Assembly: GCA_042408445.1 (NCBI GenBank)
Contig: JBHORC010000023.1
Coordinates: 83,403-147,402 of the forward strand
Source: Chloroflexota bacterium
GTDB lineage: Bacteria > Chloroflexota > Limnocylindria > Limnocylindrales > CSP1-4
Direction of reading: 5' to 3'
Length of the DNA stretch: 64,000 nucleotides
Numbering within the stretch: position 1 is the first letter of the stretch; every line of letters starts with the position of its first letter. This document shows positions 42,601 to 50,995 of this stretch, in pieces. The notes under the pieces were generated by a model. That model did not search any database. It was not told the DNA's origin and saw nothing but the letters and a program-made list of their open reading frames with translations. Position numbers and translations under genes: made by a program.

Positions 42601-43251
42601 GAGGCGGTCGAGGGCCGGGCCGAGGAGCCAGCCCCAGTGATCGCGAACGTACCGGAGCTGCCCGGCGAGCGAGTCCGGCGATCGACGAGCCGGCTCGCGG
42701 AGGAGATCGAGGAGGGTCGGCCCGGTGCCGTCGGCGGACGGGTCCAGGGGGATGCTCGGCTCGTGCCGCTCCAGGGCGCCGATCGCCCGCTCGCGGGCGC
42801 GAGCGGGGAGGCCGCTCTCGTCGACGAGCTCATGGAGTGGCTCGGCCGCGGGATTGACGTTGGCGAGGTGGATGAGGAGCAGGTCCTCGAGGCGCGGCGC
42901 ATCCCCGTCACCGACGCCCGGGAACGTCGTCGCGAAGCGGTCGAAGAGCTCGGCGGCCTCGCGGGCGCCGACCGCTCTCCGGACGCGCGGAATTGCCGCC
43001 TCCAGCGCCGCGTCGGGCTGCCGCCGGGCCGTTTCGAGGATGGCGAGGTGGGCGGCCTCGTGGAGGAGGCTCAGCGCAAGGAGCTCGCCAGGCAGCGGCT
43101 GACGCTCGCCCGGGGCGTGCGTGGCCGCGTCGGCGTTCAGCGCGGCCACGATCCGGCGCGCATCGGCGGGCCCGAGCGGGCCGTTCGTCGGAACCGTGCC
43201 GGCGAGGCCGAGCCGCTCCAGCGTCGCGCCGAGGAACGGGATCCGATCCAT
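39694..43251 (-). CDS. GH13-like alpha-amylase family protein fused in-frame to a C-terminal alpha/beta-hydrolase domain (1185 aa)
   Basis: GH13 conserved regions (ASDMVPNHMG, VIRFDAAMV, LLLAEAFW). C-terminal ~300 aa alpha/beta hydrolase (PVLLLHGMPGS, nucleophile elbow GWSSGG). No in-frame stop between the domains. Confidence 0.7.
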   Translation of the reverse strand: MDRIPFLGATLERLGLAGTVPTNGPLGPADARRIVAALNADAATHAPGERQPLPGELLALSLLHEAAHLAILETARRQPDAALEAAIPRVRRAVGAREAAELFDRFATTFPGVGDGDAPRLEDLLLIHLANVNPAAEPLHELVDESGLPARARERAIGALERHEPSIPLDPSADGTGPTLLDLLREPARRSPDSLAGQLRYVRDHWGWLLGPALDRLGSQIDLAIGILTEEQRALHQRFGGGGGPRIAEAPSFTGAEAEVERFSEDREWMPRLVLIAKSTYVWLDQLSKRHGREIRTLDAIPDEELQAFAARGITGLWLIGLWQRSRASERIKRWRGNEDAVASAYSLDDYRIADDLGGEDALGRLRDQAWRHGIRLASDMVPNHMGIDSRWVIEHPERFIGLDHPPYPSYRFEGQNLADDPRVEIRLEDHYWDDSDAAVVFERRDTLTGERRYLYHGNDGTSFPWNDTAQLDFLQADVRETVIRTILDVARRFPVIRFDAAMVLAKKHIERLWYPEPGAGGGIPSRAEYGAMPKAEFDRLMPTEFWRDVVDRVAAEAPDTLLLAEAFWLLEGYFVRTLGMHRVYNSAFMHMIRDENNAGYRKVIRDTVEFDPAILGRYVNFLTNPDEETAIEQFGTGDKYFGAATLLATLPGLPMIGHGQLEGFTEKYGMEFQRARLDERPNEGLAAWFDAQIVPLLRDRRQYAGSADFRLYDVVADGGGLLEDVFAYSNGRGEERSLVIYLNRFGSAAGWIRDSVPFAEKHEDGSKTMRRESLAQALRLGGDDGWLRLRDRRGSRETLRSVAEVRARGLHVELDAYGCIVVDELREVASSADEPWHEVASRLGGRWVPSLDAELEAVRAERRDAAAAGAVDPSAEPERDTVLTLEDGRRVAIAEWGDATGAPVLLLHGMPGSRRYAPDVRTTRARGVRLIAFDRPGYGGSDPQPGRRIIDGGRDVAQIAGRLGLNRYAVVGWSSGGPYALAAAVTDPRRVGGVAAVASDAPTREYPELLDELPPNLRDRIARAASGDAGAVEELRERIAPYVADPDRIMAGADADDPDVALRRVPSVSAALHAMFAEAFVQGGEGWVEDWLATYDDWGFRLADVGRPVAVWRGDADRMSSAADSERLAAGVRGATLRIVPGAGHNLPVTQWSDILDSVLQPTPSTADRGGDAEAQTGPFDQGR

Positions 43252-43335
43252 CGGCCGAGTGTGGCACGTCGAGCGGGGACGGGCGACGGCCGGCAGGAGG
43301 GCCGGCGTGACGCCGGCGCGCTTCGCCCAGACGCG

Positions 43336-44376
43336 TCAGGCGGGAGAGGCGACCGGCTCCCGTCGACGAACCGAGACGGCGTGCTCGATCGAACGCCGGA
43401 GCAGCTCCAGGCCCGCCGGATCGAACTCGTAGGACCAGCGCCGGACTCGCTCCGGACGCTCGAACCGGCTGTCCAGCCCGTTGGCGATCGCCTCGCGGGA
43501 CAGCAGGATGATGTCCGCGGTCCGGTCGATGAGGTCCAGCTCCGTCTCGTCGGTCATCGTCGCGCCGACCAGCTCGATCCCCTTCGTGCCGGACAGGGCG
43601 AGTGTCTCGGTCATGTTCTCGGTGCCGCGCTCCGACGCACAGACGAGCCCCACGCGCGATCCGGGCCGGAGGCCGGCGATCTCGTGGACGAGCTCGAGGT
43701 AGCCCGGCCCGACGAGCATCGCGACGACGGGCACCCGACCGTGGACGAGGGCCTGCGCCTCGTCCGCGTGGAACGTCGTCGTCGCGACGAGGTCGTAGTG
43801 GAAGCGGTCGAGCCGTTCCGGCAGGTCGTCCAGCAGCGCGCCCTCGACATCGATCACGTCCGGAAACGTCGCGCCGAGGCGTTGCGCGTCGTAGCCGGCG
43901 TCGGCGTTCGTGCACTCGGCGAACAGCACCTGGACCTTCGGCCCGGGTCGCTTCCGCTCGGAGGCCGCGGCGAAGGCGGCCGCGGCGACCTCGTCGGCGC
44001 CGAACCCGGCCTGGGCGGCGCGTCGGAGCATCTCGGCGACGATTCCGGCCAGGGCCTCCGCGCCTCGACGCTGGGGCGGGCGATCCGCCACGTGCGTGCC
44101 CGCGCCGTGACGGCTCGTGACGTACCCCGCATCGGCGAGGCGCCGATAGACCGCGCGGATCGTGTTCGGGTTCACGCGGAGCGCCGCGCCGAGCTCGCGA
44201 ACCGGCGCCAGGCGGGAGCCCGGGAGGAGTCGGCCCGAATCGATCTGGTAGGCGAGCTGCCAGTAGATCTGGGTCGAGATCGGGACGTCCGAATCGCGCT
44301 CCACGTCGAGATCGCCGGCAGGAGCGACGACCGGCTCCTCGTCAGGGTCGGGACGCGACACCTGTCCTATTGACAT
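43336..44376 (-). CDS. GntR family transcriptional regulator with C-terminal ligand-binding domain
   Basis: N-terminal winged HTH (LAPVRELGAALRVNPNTIRAVYRRLADAGYVTSRHGAGTHV). Confidence 0.75.
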   Translation of the reverse strand: MSIGQVSRPDPDEEPVVAPAGDLDVERDSDVPISTQIYWQLAYQIDSGRLLPGSRLAPVRELGAALRVNPNTIRAVYRRLADAGYVTSRHGAGTHVADRPPQRRGAEALAGIVAEMLRRAAQAGFGADEVAAAAFAAASERKRPGPKVQVLFAECTNADAGYDAQRLGATFPDVIDVEGALLDDLPERLDRFHYDLVATTTFHADEAQALVHGRVPVVAMLVGPGYLELVHEIAGLRPGSRVGLVCASERGTENMTETLALSGTKGIELVGATMTDETELDLIDRTADIILLSREAIANGLDSRFERPERVRRWSYEFDPAGLELLRRSIEHAVSVRRREPVASPA

Positions 44377-44398
44377 AGTGCATTAGTCCAAGTAACTT
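44370..44398 (+). promoter_or_regulatory. sigma-70-like promoter TTGACA-17 bp-TAACTT driving the small ORF at 44442
   Basis: Consensus -35 TTGACA (overlapping the gntR start codon on the opposite strand), 17-bp AT-rich spacer, -10 TAACTT. Confidence 0.45.
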
Positions 44399-44441
44399 GT
44401 TGGCCTAGTCAACTGTACCAAACGACCCCCAGGTGGCAATC

Positions 44442-44567
44442 ATGGAACTGGTCCTCATCGTCGCAGTCCTCGCGCTCTTCGGCATCGTCGTCGATCGCTG
44501 GGGCGTCGACTCGCGCATCACCAACCTCGACCCGAACCGCCCGTTCACCTCGACGGGCATCTTCTAG
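44442..44567 (+). CDS. small hydrophobic protein, 41 aa (MELVLIVAVLALFGIVVDRWGVDSRITNLDPNRPFTSTGIF), absent from the ORF track
   Basis: ATG preceded by AGGTGG RBS at 5-nt spacing. Promoter upstream. Strong hairpin about 90 nt downstream. N-terminal TM helix. Confidence 0.5.
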   Translation: MELVLIVAVLALFGIVVDRWGVDSRITNLDPNRPFTSTGIF

Positions 44568-44655
44568 GTCCTCCCTCCGAGGGCCGGCCGTCAGACCGGC
44601 TCTTGTGACCCGCCACTCGATTCTGCCCCGTCGTCGTTCGCGACGATGAACCAAT

Positions 44656-44690
44656 CAGCCCGCGGCGCGCAGGCCGCGGGCTGTTGGATT
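44656..44690. terminator. stem-loop (11-bp perfect stem CAGCCCGCGGC / GCCGCGGGCTG, 6-nt loop) followed by TTGGATT; possible bidirectional terminator between the small ORF and htpX
   Basis: Read directly from sequence. Located between two convergent genes. Confidence 0.45.
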
Positions 44691-44778
44691 CCGGGGACCG
44701 AACCCGTCGGGCGGCCGAGGCCCGGCTACCCGATCGAGAGACGAGAGAGACACTGCCCGGGACGGAGCCTGGGCGCGA

Positions 44779-45732
44779 TCAGGTTCGGCTGCCGAGGGTC
44801 CGGGACCGGAACGCGCTCGTCCGGTCCATCGCCCGCAGCCGCGCGACGCGGTCCGCGATCGGCGGGTGCGTCGAGAACAGCGCCCCGACGTCCCGGCCGC
44901 TGAGCGGATTCACGATGTAGAGGTGGGCGAACGCCGGGTTCGCGGCCGGTGCCGGGGCCGGTGCATGGCGCGGATCGACCGGCCGTCGTCCGAACCGATC
45001 GAAGAGGCCGGGACGGTTCCGCTGGCGCGTCGCCGCGTCAAGCTGCTGGAGCGCGTCGGCGAGGGCGTCCGGGTCTCCGGTCAGGAGCGCACCCGAGCGA
45101 TCCGCGCCGTATTCGCGGCCACGCGACACGGCGAGCTGGATGATCAGCGCCGCGATCGGCGCGAGGATGATCGCGATCAGGGCGCCGAAGCCGCCGCCGT
45201 TCCGGTCGTCGCGGCCGCCGAAGATCATCTGGAACTGGGCCATCTGCGCGAGGAAGCTGATCGCGCCACCGATCGTTGCCGCGATCGTTCCGACGAGCGT
45301 GTCGCGGTTCCGGACGTGGGAGAGCTCGTGGGCGAGGACGCCGCGGAGCTGACGCTCGTCCATCAGGTCGAGGATGCCCGTCGTGACGGCCACAGCCGCG
45401 TGCTGAGGATCACGGCCGGTCGCAAAGGCGTTGGGCTCCGGACGCTCCACGATGTACAGGCGGGGCATCGGCAGCCCGGCCCGGGACGCGAGGTCGGCGA
45501 CGATCCGGCGGAGGTCGGGAAGCTCGCCCGGCTTCAGTTCGCGCGCGCCGTTCGCCTTCAGGGCAAGCGTGTCGCTCTTCCAGTAGACGAATGCGTTCAT
45601 CGCGACGGCGAAGACGAGCGCCACCACGAGGCCGCTGCGGCCGGCGAGCAGCCCACCGACGGCGATGAGGAGCCCGCCGAGCGCGGCGAGCAGGGTCCAG
45701 GTCTTGAGGCTGTTCGAGACGTTCGAGATCAC
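44779..45732 (-). CDS. htpX: zinc metalloprotease HtpX (M48 family)
   Basis: HELSHV zinc motif. N-terminal and central TM helices. GTG start. Confidence 0.8.
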   Translation of the reverse strand: MISNVSNSLKTWTLLAALGGLLIAVGGLLAGRSGLVVALVFAVAMNAFVYWKSDTLALKANGARELKPGELPDLRRIVADLASRAGLPMPRLYIVERPEPNAFATGRDPQHAAVAVTTGILDLMDERQLRGVLAHELSHVRNRDTLVGTIAATIGGAISFLAQMAQFQMIFGGRDDRNGGGFGALIAIILAPIAALIIQLAVSRGREYGADRSGALLTGDPDALADALQQLDAATRQRNRPGLFDRFGRRPVDPRHAPAPAPAANPAFAHLYIVNPLSGRDVGALFSTHPPIADRVARLRAMDRTSAFRSRTLGSRT

Positions 45733-45956
45733 GGGTTCTGCTTCTGATTCTGGCGCGCCGTCGGCGCGAACCGGATCGGGCGGTGCCGGTGGCCCGGTGC
45801 GGCCACGCGATGATCCTCGCCCGCGCTCGTGGGCCGAACAACCGCGGCCGGATCGAGGATTCGTTTCGAATTCGCCACGTCGGGCGGAGTCGCCAGACGC
45901 CGAGGCCCGCGGAACGTCGCCACGCCCCGCCCACCGACTGCTTCGGTGGCCCTCGG

Positions 45957-47420
45957 TCAGCGCGGCGCCGGTTGCCCGACGTCTGCCATCGCCATCCGGT
46001 AGATCGCCTCGCCGTCCAGTCCGCGCGACGGCGAGCTGAAGAGCGCGAGGTCCGCGACCAGTCGGCGCTCCAGCCGCGTTCCCGCGATCCCGTCGACCAG
46101 GCGGGCCGCACGGGCGGCCGCTCGGAGGACCTGCCGGGTCTCCGGTCGGACCGGGTCGTCCCAGTACCAGCCGTCGCTCGCGAACATCGCGAGGCGCCAG
46201 CGTTGCGCCTCGAGCAGCTCGCAGGCCCGGCGGCGCTGCCCGTCGTCGGCCGCGGGCCAGTGCTCTGCGGCGAACGAGTCGCCGTCGCGCCGGCCGATGA
46301 CGACGTCCACCCAGGCGTCGCGGGCCACGAGCGGGTCGACGTCGCCCGGGAGCCGCGCGAGCTCGATCGCCGTCGCGGCATCGATCGCGCCCGCGAGGCG
46401 TTCGAGCGCGGCCCGGAGCGGACCCTTCCAGCGGCCATCCGGCGCGTCGGGACATTCGCCGCTCCAGCGGGCGACGCCGTGATGGCAGCTCCACGACGTG
46501 CGCTCGGCGATCCGCGCGCGCGGCCGGTCGGCGGGCTGCGACTCGGCGACGACTCGATCGATCGTGACGACGTCGAAGCCGCGATCGTCGACGGCCGGGG
46601 CGGCAACCGGTGGCGCCGCATCCGCCCGCCCGAGCCGGGCTGTCCCCGAGACGGCGGCGATGCCGTCCGCCTCGACGAGCCGCTGCAGGAACAGGTCCCG
46701 GAACTGCTGGTGATGGCCGTACAGCTCGCCGTCGGTCGCGATCAGGGCGATCGGGCCGTCGATCCCGTCCGGTCCGCTCTGGAGCCGCGGCGCCACGCGC
46801 TCGCGGGCGAACCGGTCGGCGTTCGCGCTCGCCTCGGGCTCGAACGAGACCGCGGTCGAGAGCCCGGCATCGTAGAAGGCAACGGCGATCGTCGCTCCGT
46901 CGCCGAGATCGACCTCGTGGATCTGCCTCGTGTCGACCGGGCTCGCCGCCTGCCACGGGGCGAGGATCGTGAAGGTGATTCCCTGCCGGACGGCCTCGCG
47001 CAGCGTCGGCAGGTCGACGGCCGTCTCGGGCAGCCAGAGCCCCGTCGGGCGACGGCCGAACCGGATCTCGAAATCCCGGATCCCCCAGGCAATCTCGGTC
47101 TGCCGGTCCGCGGCGGAGGCGAGCGGCAGGATCGCGTGGTGGAAGGCCTGGGCGATCGCGGCTCCGCTGTCGTCGACGAACTGGCCGTACGTTGCCGGAT
47201 CATCCGTTGCGAGCCAGCCGGCAAGGGTCGGGCCGAGGTCCCACGAGATCCGGCGCAGGTTGCCGCGCTCCGCGTTCGGGCGGTAGCACTCGGCGTCGAC
47301 ACGCTGGTTCCAGTCGTGGAACGGCGCCGCCGCCGGCTCGGTCGGGACGCGGCCGGTCCACGGATCGAGTCGCGAGGGTTGGTAGAAGTGGGCGTGGACC
47401 GCCAGGCGCCCGCGCGTCAT
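45957..47420 (-). CDS. glycoside hydrolase family 57 protein (487 aa; branching-enzyme-like short GH57)
   Basis: N-terminal GH57 signature AVHAHFYQP. ATGA stop/start overlap with the upstream GH57 gene. Confidence 0.7.
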   Translation of the reverse strand: MTRGRLAVHAHFYQPSRLDPWTGRVPTEPAAAPFHDWNQRVDAECYRPNAERGNLRRISWDLGPTLAGWLATDDPATYGQFVDDSGAAIAQAFHHAILPLASAADRQTEIAWGIRDFEIRFGRRPTGLWLPETAVDLPTLREAVRQGITFTILAPWQAASPVDTRQIHEVDLGDGATIAVAFYDAGLSTAVSFEPEASANADRFARERVAPRLQSGPDGIDGPIALIATDGELYGHHQQFRDLFLQRLVEADGIAAVSGTARLGRADAAPPVAAPAVDDRGFDVVTIDRVVAESQPADRPRARIAERTSWSCHHGVARWSGECPDAPDGRWKGPLRAALERLAGAIDAATAIELARLPGDVDPLVARDAWVDVVIGRRDGDSFAAEHWPAADDGQRRRACELLEAQRWRLAMFASDGWYWDDPVRPETRQVLRAAARAARLVDGIAGTRLERRLVADLALFSSPSRGLDGEAIYRMAMADVGQPAPR

Positions 47421-49687
47421 TCCGGCGTTGCCCCGGTGCCGGCGGACTCGGTCGGCGGCGATTCGGCGAGCGCCACGGCGGCGCGATCCACGGCCACGGA
47501 GGCGACCGTGTCGGTGCGGATCGAGGCGGACGCGCCGGGAAGCAGCGTCACGAGCCGGCCGATCAGCGCCGTGCTCCCCTGGTAGACGAGCTCGAAGCCG
47601 CCCTCGGAGTTCGAGACGGTCTCGATCGGTGCGATCCAGACGTCGCAGGGTGGATCGAGCCGCGTGTCGAGCCGGATCGCCAGGAAGTCGTTCCCGGCGG
47701 CGAGGTCGGCGACGTCCGTCGCGTCGAGCCGGGCGTCGTGCGCCACCCGGCGACCGTCCGCCTCGTTCCACGCCGCGGGATTCCCGCCACCGCCGAGGAG
47801 GATCGTCGACGACTCGATCGCAAGCCTGGCCGTGAGCTCGCGGTGGCTCTCGTTCGTCGCGGTGACGACGACGGACAGGCGGGGATCGAGCCGTCCGCCG
47901 CCGATCTCGATCCGTTTCTCGACGCGGACGGAATGCCCGACGTCCCCGATGACGACGGTTCCGGCTCGCGACAGCGTCACGCCTTCGTCGTCGAGGGCCT
48001 CGACCTCCCACGCGCCCGCCGCGAAGTCGCCGGCATCGGTGAGGTCCCGCGCGGCGTCGTCGGCCGAGACGTCCGGAGCGAAGAACCGGACGAGGCCGGA
48101 GCGGCGCTCCTCGTGGTCGTACTGGAGATGCGCGCTCAGGCCGGCCTGCTTGGTGAGGACGATGTCGTGGATCGACGCGATCTCGGCGTCGGCCGCGTCG
48201 GAGCCCTCGTGCACGTCCGCGGCCGCGGCGCCCGCCGCCGCACCGCCCTCTGCGGCGTCGGGACTCGAGCCGCCCTCCGCCGCCCGGTTCATCGCCGCAT
48301 CGAGACGGCGGACCTTCTCGTGATAGGCCTCGGGTCGGCGGCGAAGTACCGCGCCGAGCGCGAACCAGGCCGCCCGCAGGTCCCAGCGGCCGATGCCGCC
48401 GCCCTCGTCCGGCTTGACGCTGACGATCTCGCCGACATTCGCGAGCAGGACCTCGGGCTTCCCGTCGAGGTCGAGGTCCTCGAGGAAACCGGATCGCGCT
48501 GGGCTGTCGCCGAGCGCCAGATCCTCCGCGGCGATGAGGTTGCCGTGGTTCGCCAGCCGGAGGTCCGGCAGGTAGATGCCGCCGAAGAGCCCGTGCCAGT
48601 AAGGATCGTTGGACTGCCCGGCGAGGAGGTGATCGAGAGCCCGGTCGCGACGCGGGCCCGGCGGCAGCGCGTCGACGAGCGCCGAGGTGCGGAGCATCTG
48701 CTTGTGGAGATCGTTGATCTCCCGGTACCGGATCTGGAAGTTCCGCCACATCGCACCGCGCAGCCAGCGCACCTCCGGCCGGTGCTCGTCCTGGGCGGCG
48801 TGAAGCGCCCGGGAGAACGGGATCGCCTCCTCGGGCGGCAGCGCCCATTCGCCCATCTCCGCGTACGACCCGGTCGGGACATAGACGCGACCGATCGGAG
48901 GATGCTCAGCGAGCCATCGCGACGGCGTGACCGTCCGCAGCCAGCCTGCGTTCGACTCGAGCGCCGCGAAGAAGTCGTCGACCCAGTGGTTCGTCCAGCA
49001 ATGCTCGTAGGTCGTCGGCCAGCCTCCGAACTTCTCGCCGTCGTCGCCCATCGTCCCGAGGCGATCGCCCGCCTCCGTCGCGTGCGACCGGAGATGCTCG
49101 ATCACGGTCTCCACCGGGCTGAACGGCACGTGGTAGCGGAGGCCCTGCTCCGTGCCGAAGACGGTGACGACATTGCCCTGGTCGTCCGTGGTGTAGGGGC
49201 CCCAGAGCGCCTCCTCCGGGATCGCCGCTGCCCGGAAATGCGCATCGTCGAGAATCGTCCACTCGTAGCCGGCCTCGACCAGAGCCGTCGGCAGGTTCGG
49301 CTCCCACACCCGCTCGGCGAGCCACGCCCCGCGCGGCCGCCGTCCGAACTGGCGCTCCAGCTCGTGGGCCATCCGCCGCAGCTGCGCGACGCGGTCGCGG
49401 TCCGGGAGCGAGGCGAGCACGGGCTCGTACCAGCCGCCGCCGACGATCTCGATCTGGTCGCGCTCCACGAGGGCGGCCAGCCGTTCGAGGAACGCCGGCT
49501 GCTCCTCGCGCAACCAGCTCACCAGCGGGCCGCTGTAGTGCAGCGCCACGTGGACGCCGGGATGGCGCTCGAGCGCCTCGAGCATGGGCAGATAGGCGCG
49601 CTCGTAGGTCTCCGCGATCACCCAGCCGAAGTTGCCGACCGGCTGGTGGTTGTGGAGGGTCAGGGCGAGGGAGATGCGGGCCGTCAC
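47417..49687 (-). CDS. glycoside hydrolase family 57 protein with DUF1925/DUF1926-like C-terminal domains (alpha-amylase/4-alpha-glucanotransferase type)
   Basis: LTLHNHQPVGNF GH57 region I. Long C-terminal extension. ORF opens at GTG 49771; GTG 49687 chosen because it gives the usual short N-terminus. Confidence 0.75.
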   Translation of the reverse strand: MTARISLALTLHNHQPVGNFGWVIAETYERAYLPMLEALERHPGVHVALHYSGPLVSWLREEQPAFLERLAALVERDQIEIVGGGWYEPVLASLPDRDRVAQLRRMAHELERQFGRRPRGAWLAERVWEPNLPTALVEAGYEWTILDDAHFRAAAIPEEALWGPYTTDDQGNVVTVFGTEQGLRYHVPFSPVETVIEHLRSHATEAGDRLGTMGDDGEKFGGWPTTYEHCWTNHWVDDFFAALESNAGWLRTVTPSRWLAEHPPIGRVYVPTGSYAEMGEWALPPEEAIPFSRALHAAQDEHRPEVRWLRGAMWRNFQIRYREINDLHKQMLRTSALVDALPPGPRRDRALDHLLAGQSNDPYWHGLFGGIYLPDLRLANHGNLIAAEDLALGDSPARSGFLEDLDLDGKPEVLLANVGEIVSVKPDEGGGIGRWDLRAAWFALGAVLRRRPEAYHEKVRRLDAAMNRAAEGGSSPDAAEGGAAAGAAAADVHEGSDAADAEIASIHDIVLTKQAGLSAHLQYDHEERRSGLVRFFAPDVSADDAARDLTDAGDFAAGAWEVEALDDEGVTLSRAGTVVIGDVGHSVRVEKRIEIGGGRLDPRLSVVVTATNESHRELTARLAIESSTILLGGGGNPAAWNEADGRRVAHDARLDATDVADLAAGNDFLAIRLDTRLDPPCDVWIAPIETVSNSEGGFELVYQGSTALIGRLVTLLPGASASIRTDTVASVAVDRAAVALAESPPTESAGTGATPE

Positions 49688-49808
49688 GGGGTCACCGGCA
49701 GCCCGTCCGCCGCGGCGACCGCGCGGCGTCCGGGAGGCTCCCTGGCCCGTGCTGCCGCCGGCCGGGGTCACCCGTCGTTGACGTCAATCGAGGCGTCCTG
49801 TTAGCGTG

Positions 49809-49836
49809 TCTAAACCGGTTTGCTAAACCGGTTTTT
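49809..49836. promoter_or_regulatory. two tandem LacI-type operator palindromes CTAAACCGGTTT (core AAACCGGTTT) in the divergent GH57/lacI intergenic region
   Basis: Perfect 10-bp palindrome AAACCGGTTT twice, 13 bp apart. A TTGACGTCAA palindrome also lies at 49778-49787. Confidence 0.5.
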
Positions 49837-49914
49837 GCCGGCAGCATCATACATGCGCGCCGACGTCCCGAGTCGCACCGGCGGCCGTCCGCAACGGACC
49901 GAAGGAGGAGCGTC

Positions 49915-50994
49915 GTGGAGCAGGTCGTCCGGCGGGTGACGATCGCCGACGTGGCTGCCCGGGCCGGCGTGTCCAAGACGGCCGTCTCGTTCGCGTTCAA
50001 CAGCCCGGATCGGCTCAACGCGGCGACCGCATCGCGCATCCTCGACGTCGCCCAGGAGCTCGGGTACCGGCCGGATCCGGTCGCCCGGATGCTGGCCCAC
50101 GGCCGGACCGGAGCGATCGGCATCCTCACGCCGCAGGACCTCTCGACGATGTTCACGAACCCATGGTTCAGCCTCTTCAGCGCCGGAATTGCCGGTGTGG
50201 CGGAGGAGCAGGGCTACGGGCTTCATTTCATCTCGCCGCTGCACGGGTCGCTCACGCGGGCGATCCACCGGGCGACCGTCGATGGGGTCGTTGCGATCGG
50301 GCTCACGGACGATCACCCGGAGATCGACGAGATCCGGCGGGCGCGCCTGCCGATCGTGCTCGTGGACTCGAATGGCTCGGACGACGCCGTCACGGTCGAC
50401 GTGGACGATGAGGCCGGTGCTCGGCTCGCCGCGCGGCATGTGGTGGAGCTCGGGCATCGGAGCGTCGGGATCCTGGCGTTCGACGGCCCGGCATCCACGC
50501 CACAGGACGACCGCGGTGTCGTCGCCCGGCGGCTGCGCGGCTACCGCTCGGAGCTGGCCACTGCCGGGATCGAGGTGCCGGGCGCGGCCGTCGCGACGGG
50601 CGTCGCGAGCATCGACGGCGGCCGGACGGCCTTCGAGCGCCTGCGCACAACAGGTCGCCCGGCGACGGCGATCCTGGCGATGAGCGACGCGATGGCCATC
50701 GGCGCGATCCGAGGGATCCACAGCCTGGGACTCACGGTGCCGGGGGACGTCTCGGTCGCCGGCTTCGACGACATCGACCTGGCCGCCTCGACCGATCCGC
50801 CGCTCACGACCGTCCACCAGCCCGTTCGTCGAAAGGGCGAAGCGGCGATCGAGCTGCTCCTCGCGATGATCGAGGGGCGGAACCCGCCGCCCGGCCGTCG
50901 CCGCCTGGAGACGGAGCTGGTCGTCCGGTCCTCGACGGGCCCGGCGCCGGCCGCCGCGACCTCCGCGCCGCACGGCGCACCTGGCGGCATCTGA
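49915..50994 (+). CDS. LacI family transcriptional regulator
   Basis: N-terminal HTH (VTIADVAARAGVSKTAVSFAFN) and periplasmic-binding-like sugar-binding domain. RBS GAAGGAGGAG. GTG start. Confidence 0.85.
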   Translation: MEQVVRRVTIADVAARAGVSKTAVSFAFNSPDRLNAATASRILDVAQELGYRPDPVARMLAHGRTGAIGILTPQDLSTMFTNPWFSLFSAGIAGVAEEQGYGLHFISPLHGSLTRAIHRATVDGVVAIGLTDDHPEIDEIRRARLPIVLVDSNGSDDAVTVDVDDEAGARLAARHVVELGHRSVGILAFDGPASTPQDDRGVVARRLRGYRSELATAGIEVPGAAVATGVASIDGGRTAFERLRTTGRPATAILAMSDAMAIGAIRGIHSLGLTVPGDVSVAGFDDIDLAASTDPPLTTVHQPVRRKGEAAIELLLAMIEGRNPPPGRRRLETELVVRSSTGPAPAAATSAPHGAPGGI

Positions 50995-50995
50995 C

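Noticed and set aside
39694-43251. Alternative reading of the amylase/alpha-beta-hydrolase ORF as two separate genes
   Set aside because: No in-frame stop codon separates the domains in the sequence as given, so a split would require a sequencing error. Kept as one fused CDS and flagged for verification.
44779-46956. 725-aa minus-strand ORF
   Set aside because: Real gene is htpX (last 317 aa, GTG start at 45732). The upstream portion is low-complexity read-through of an intergenic region and the antisense of GH57#2.
45957-48848. 963-aa minus-strand ORF
   Set aside because: Only the last 487 aa (GH57, from MTRGRLAVHAHFYQP) are genuine. The upstream 476 aa are an out-of-frame read-through across the real GH57#1 gene and are Arg/Gly-rich junk.
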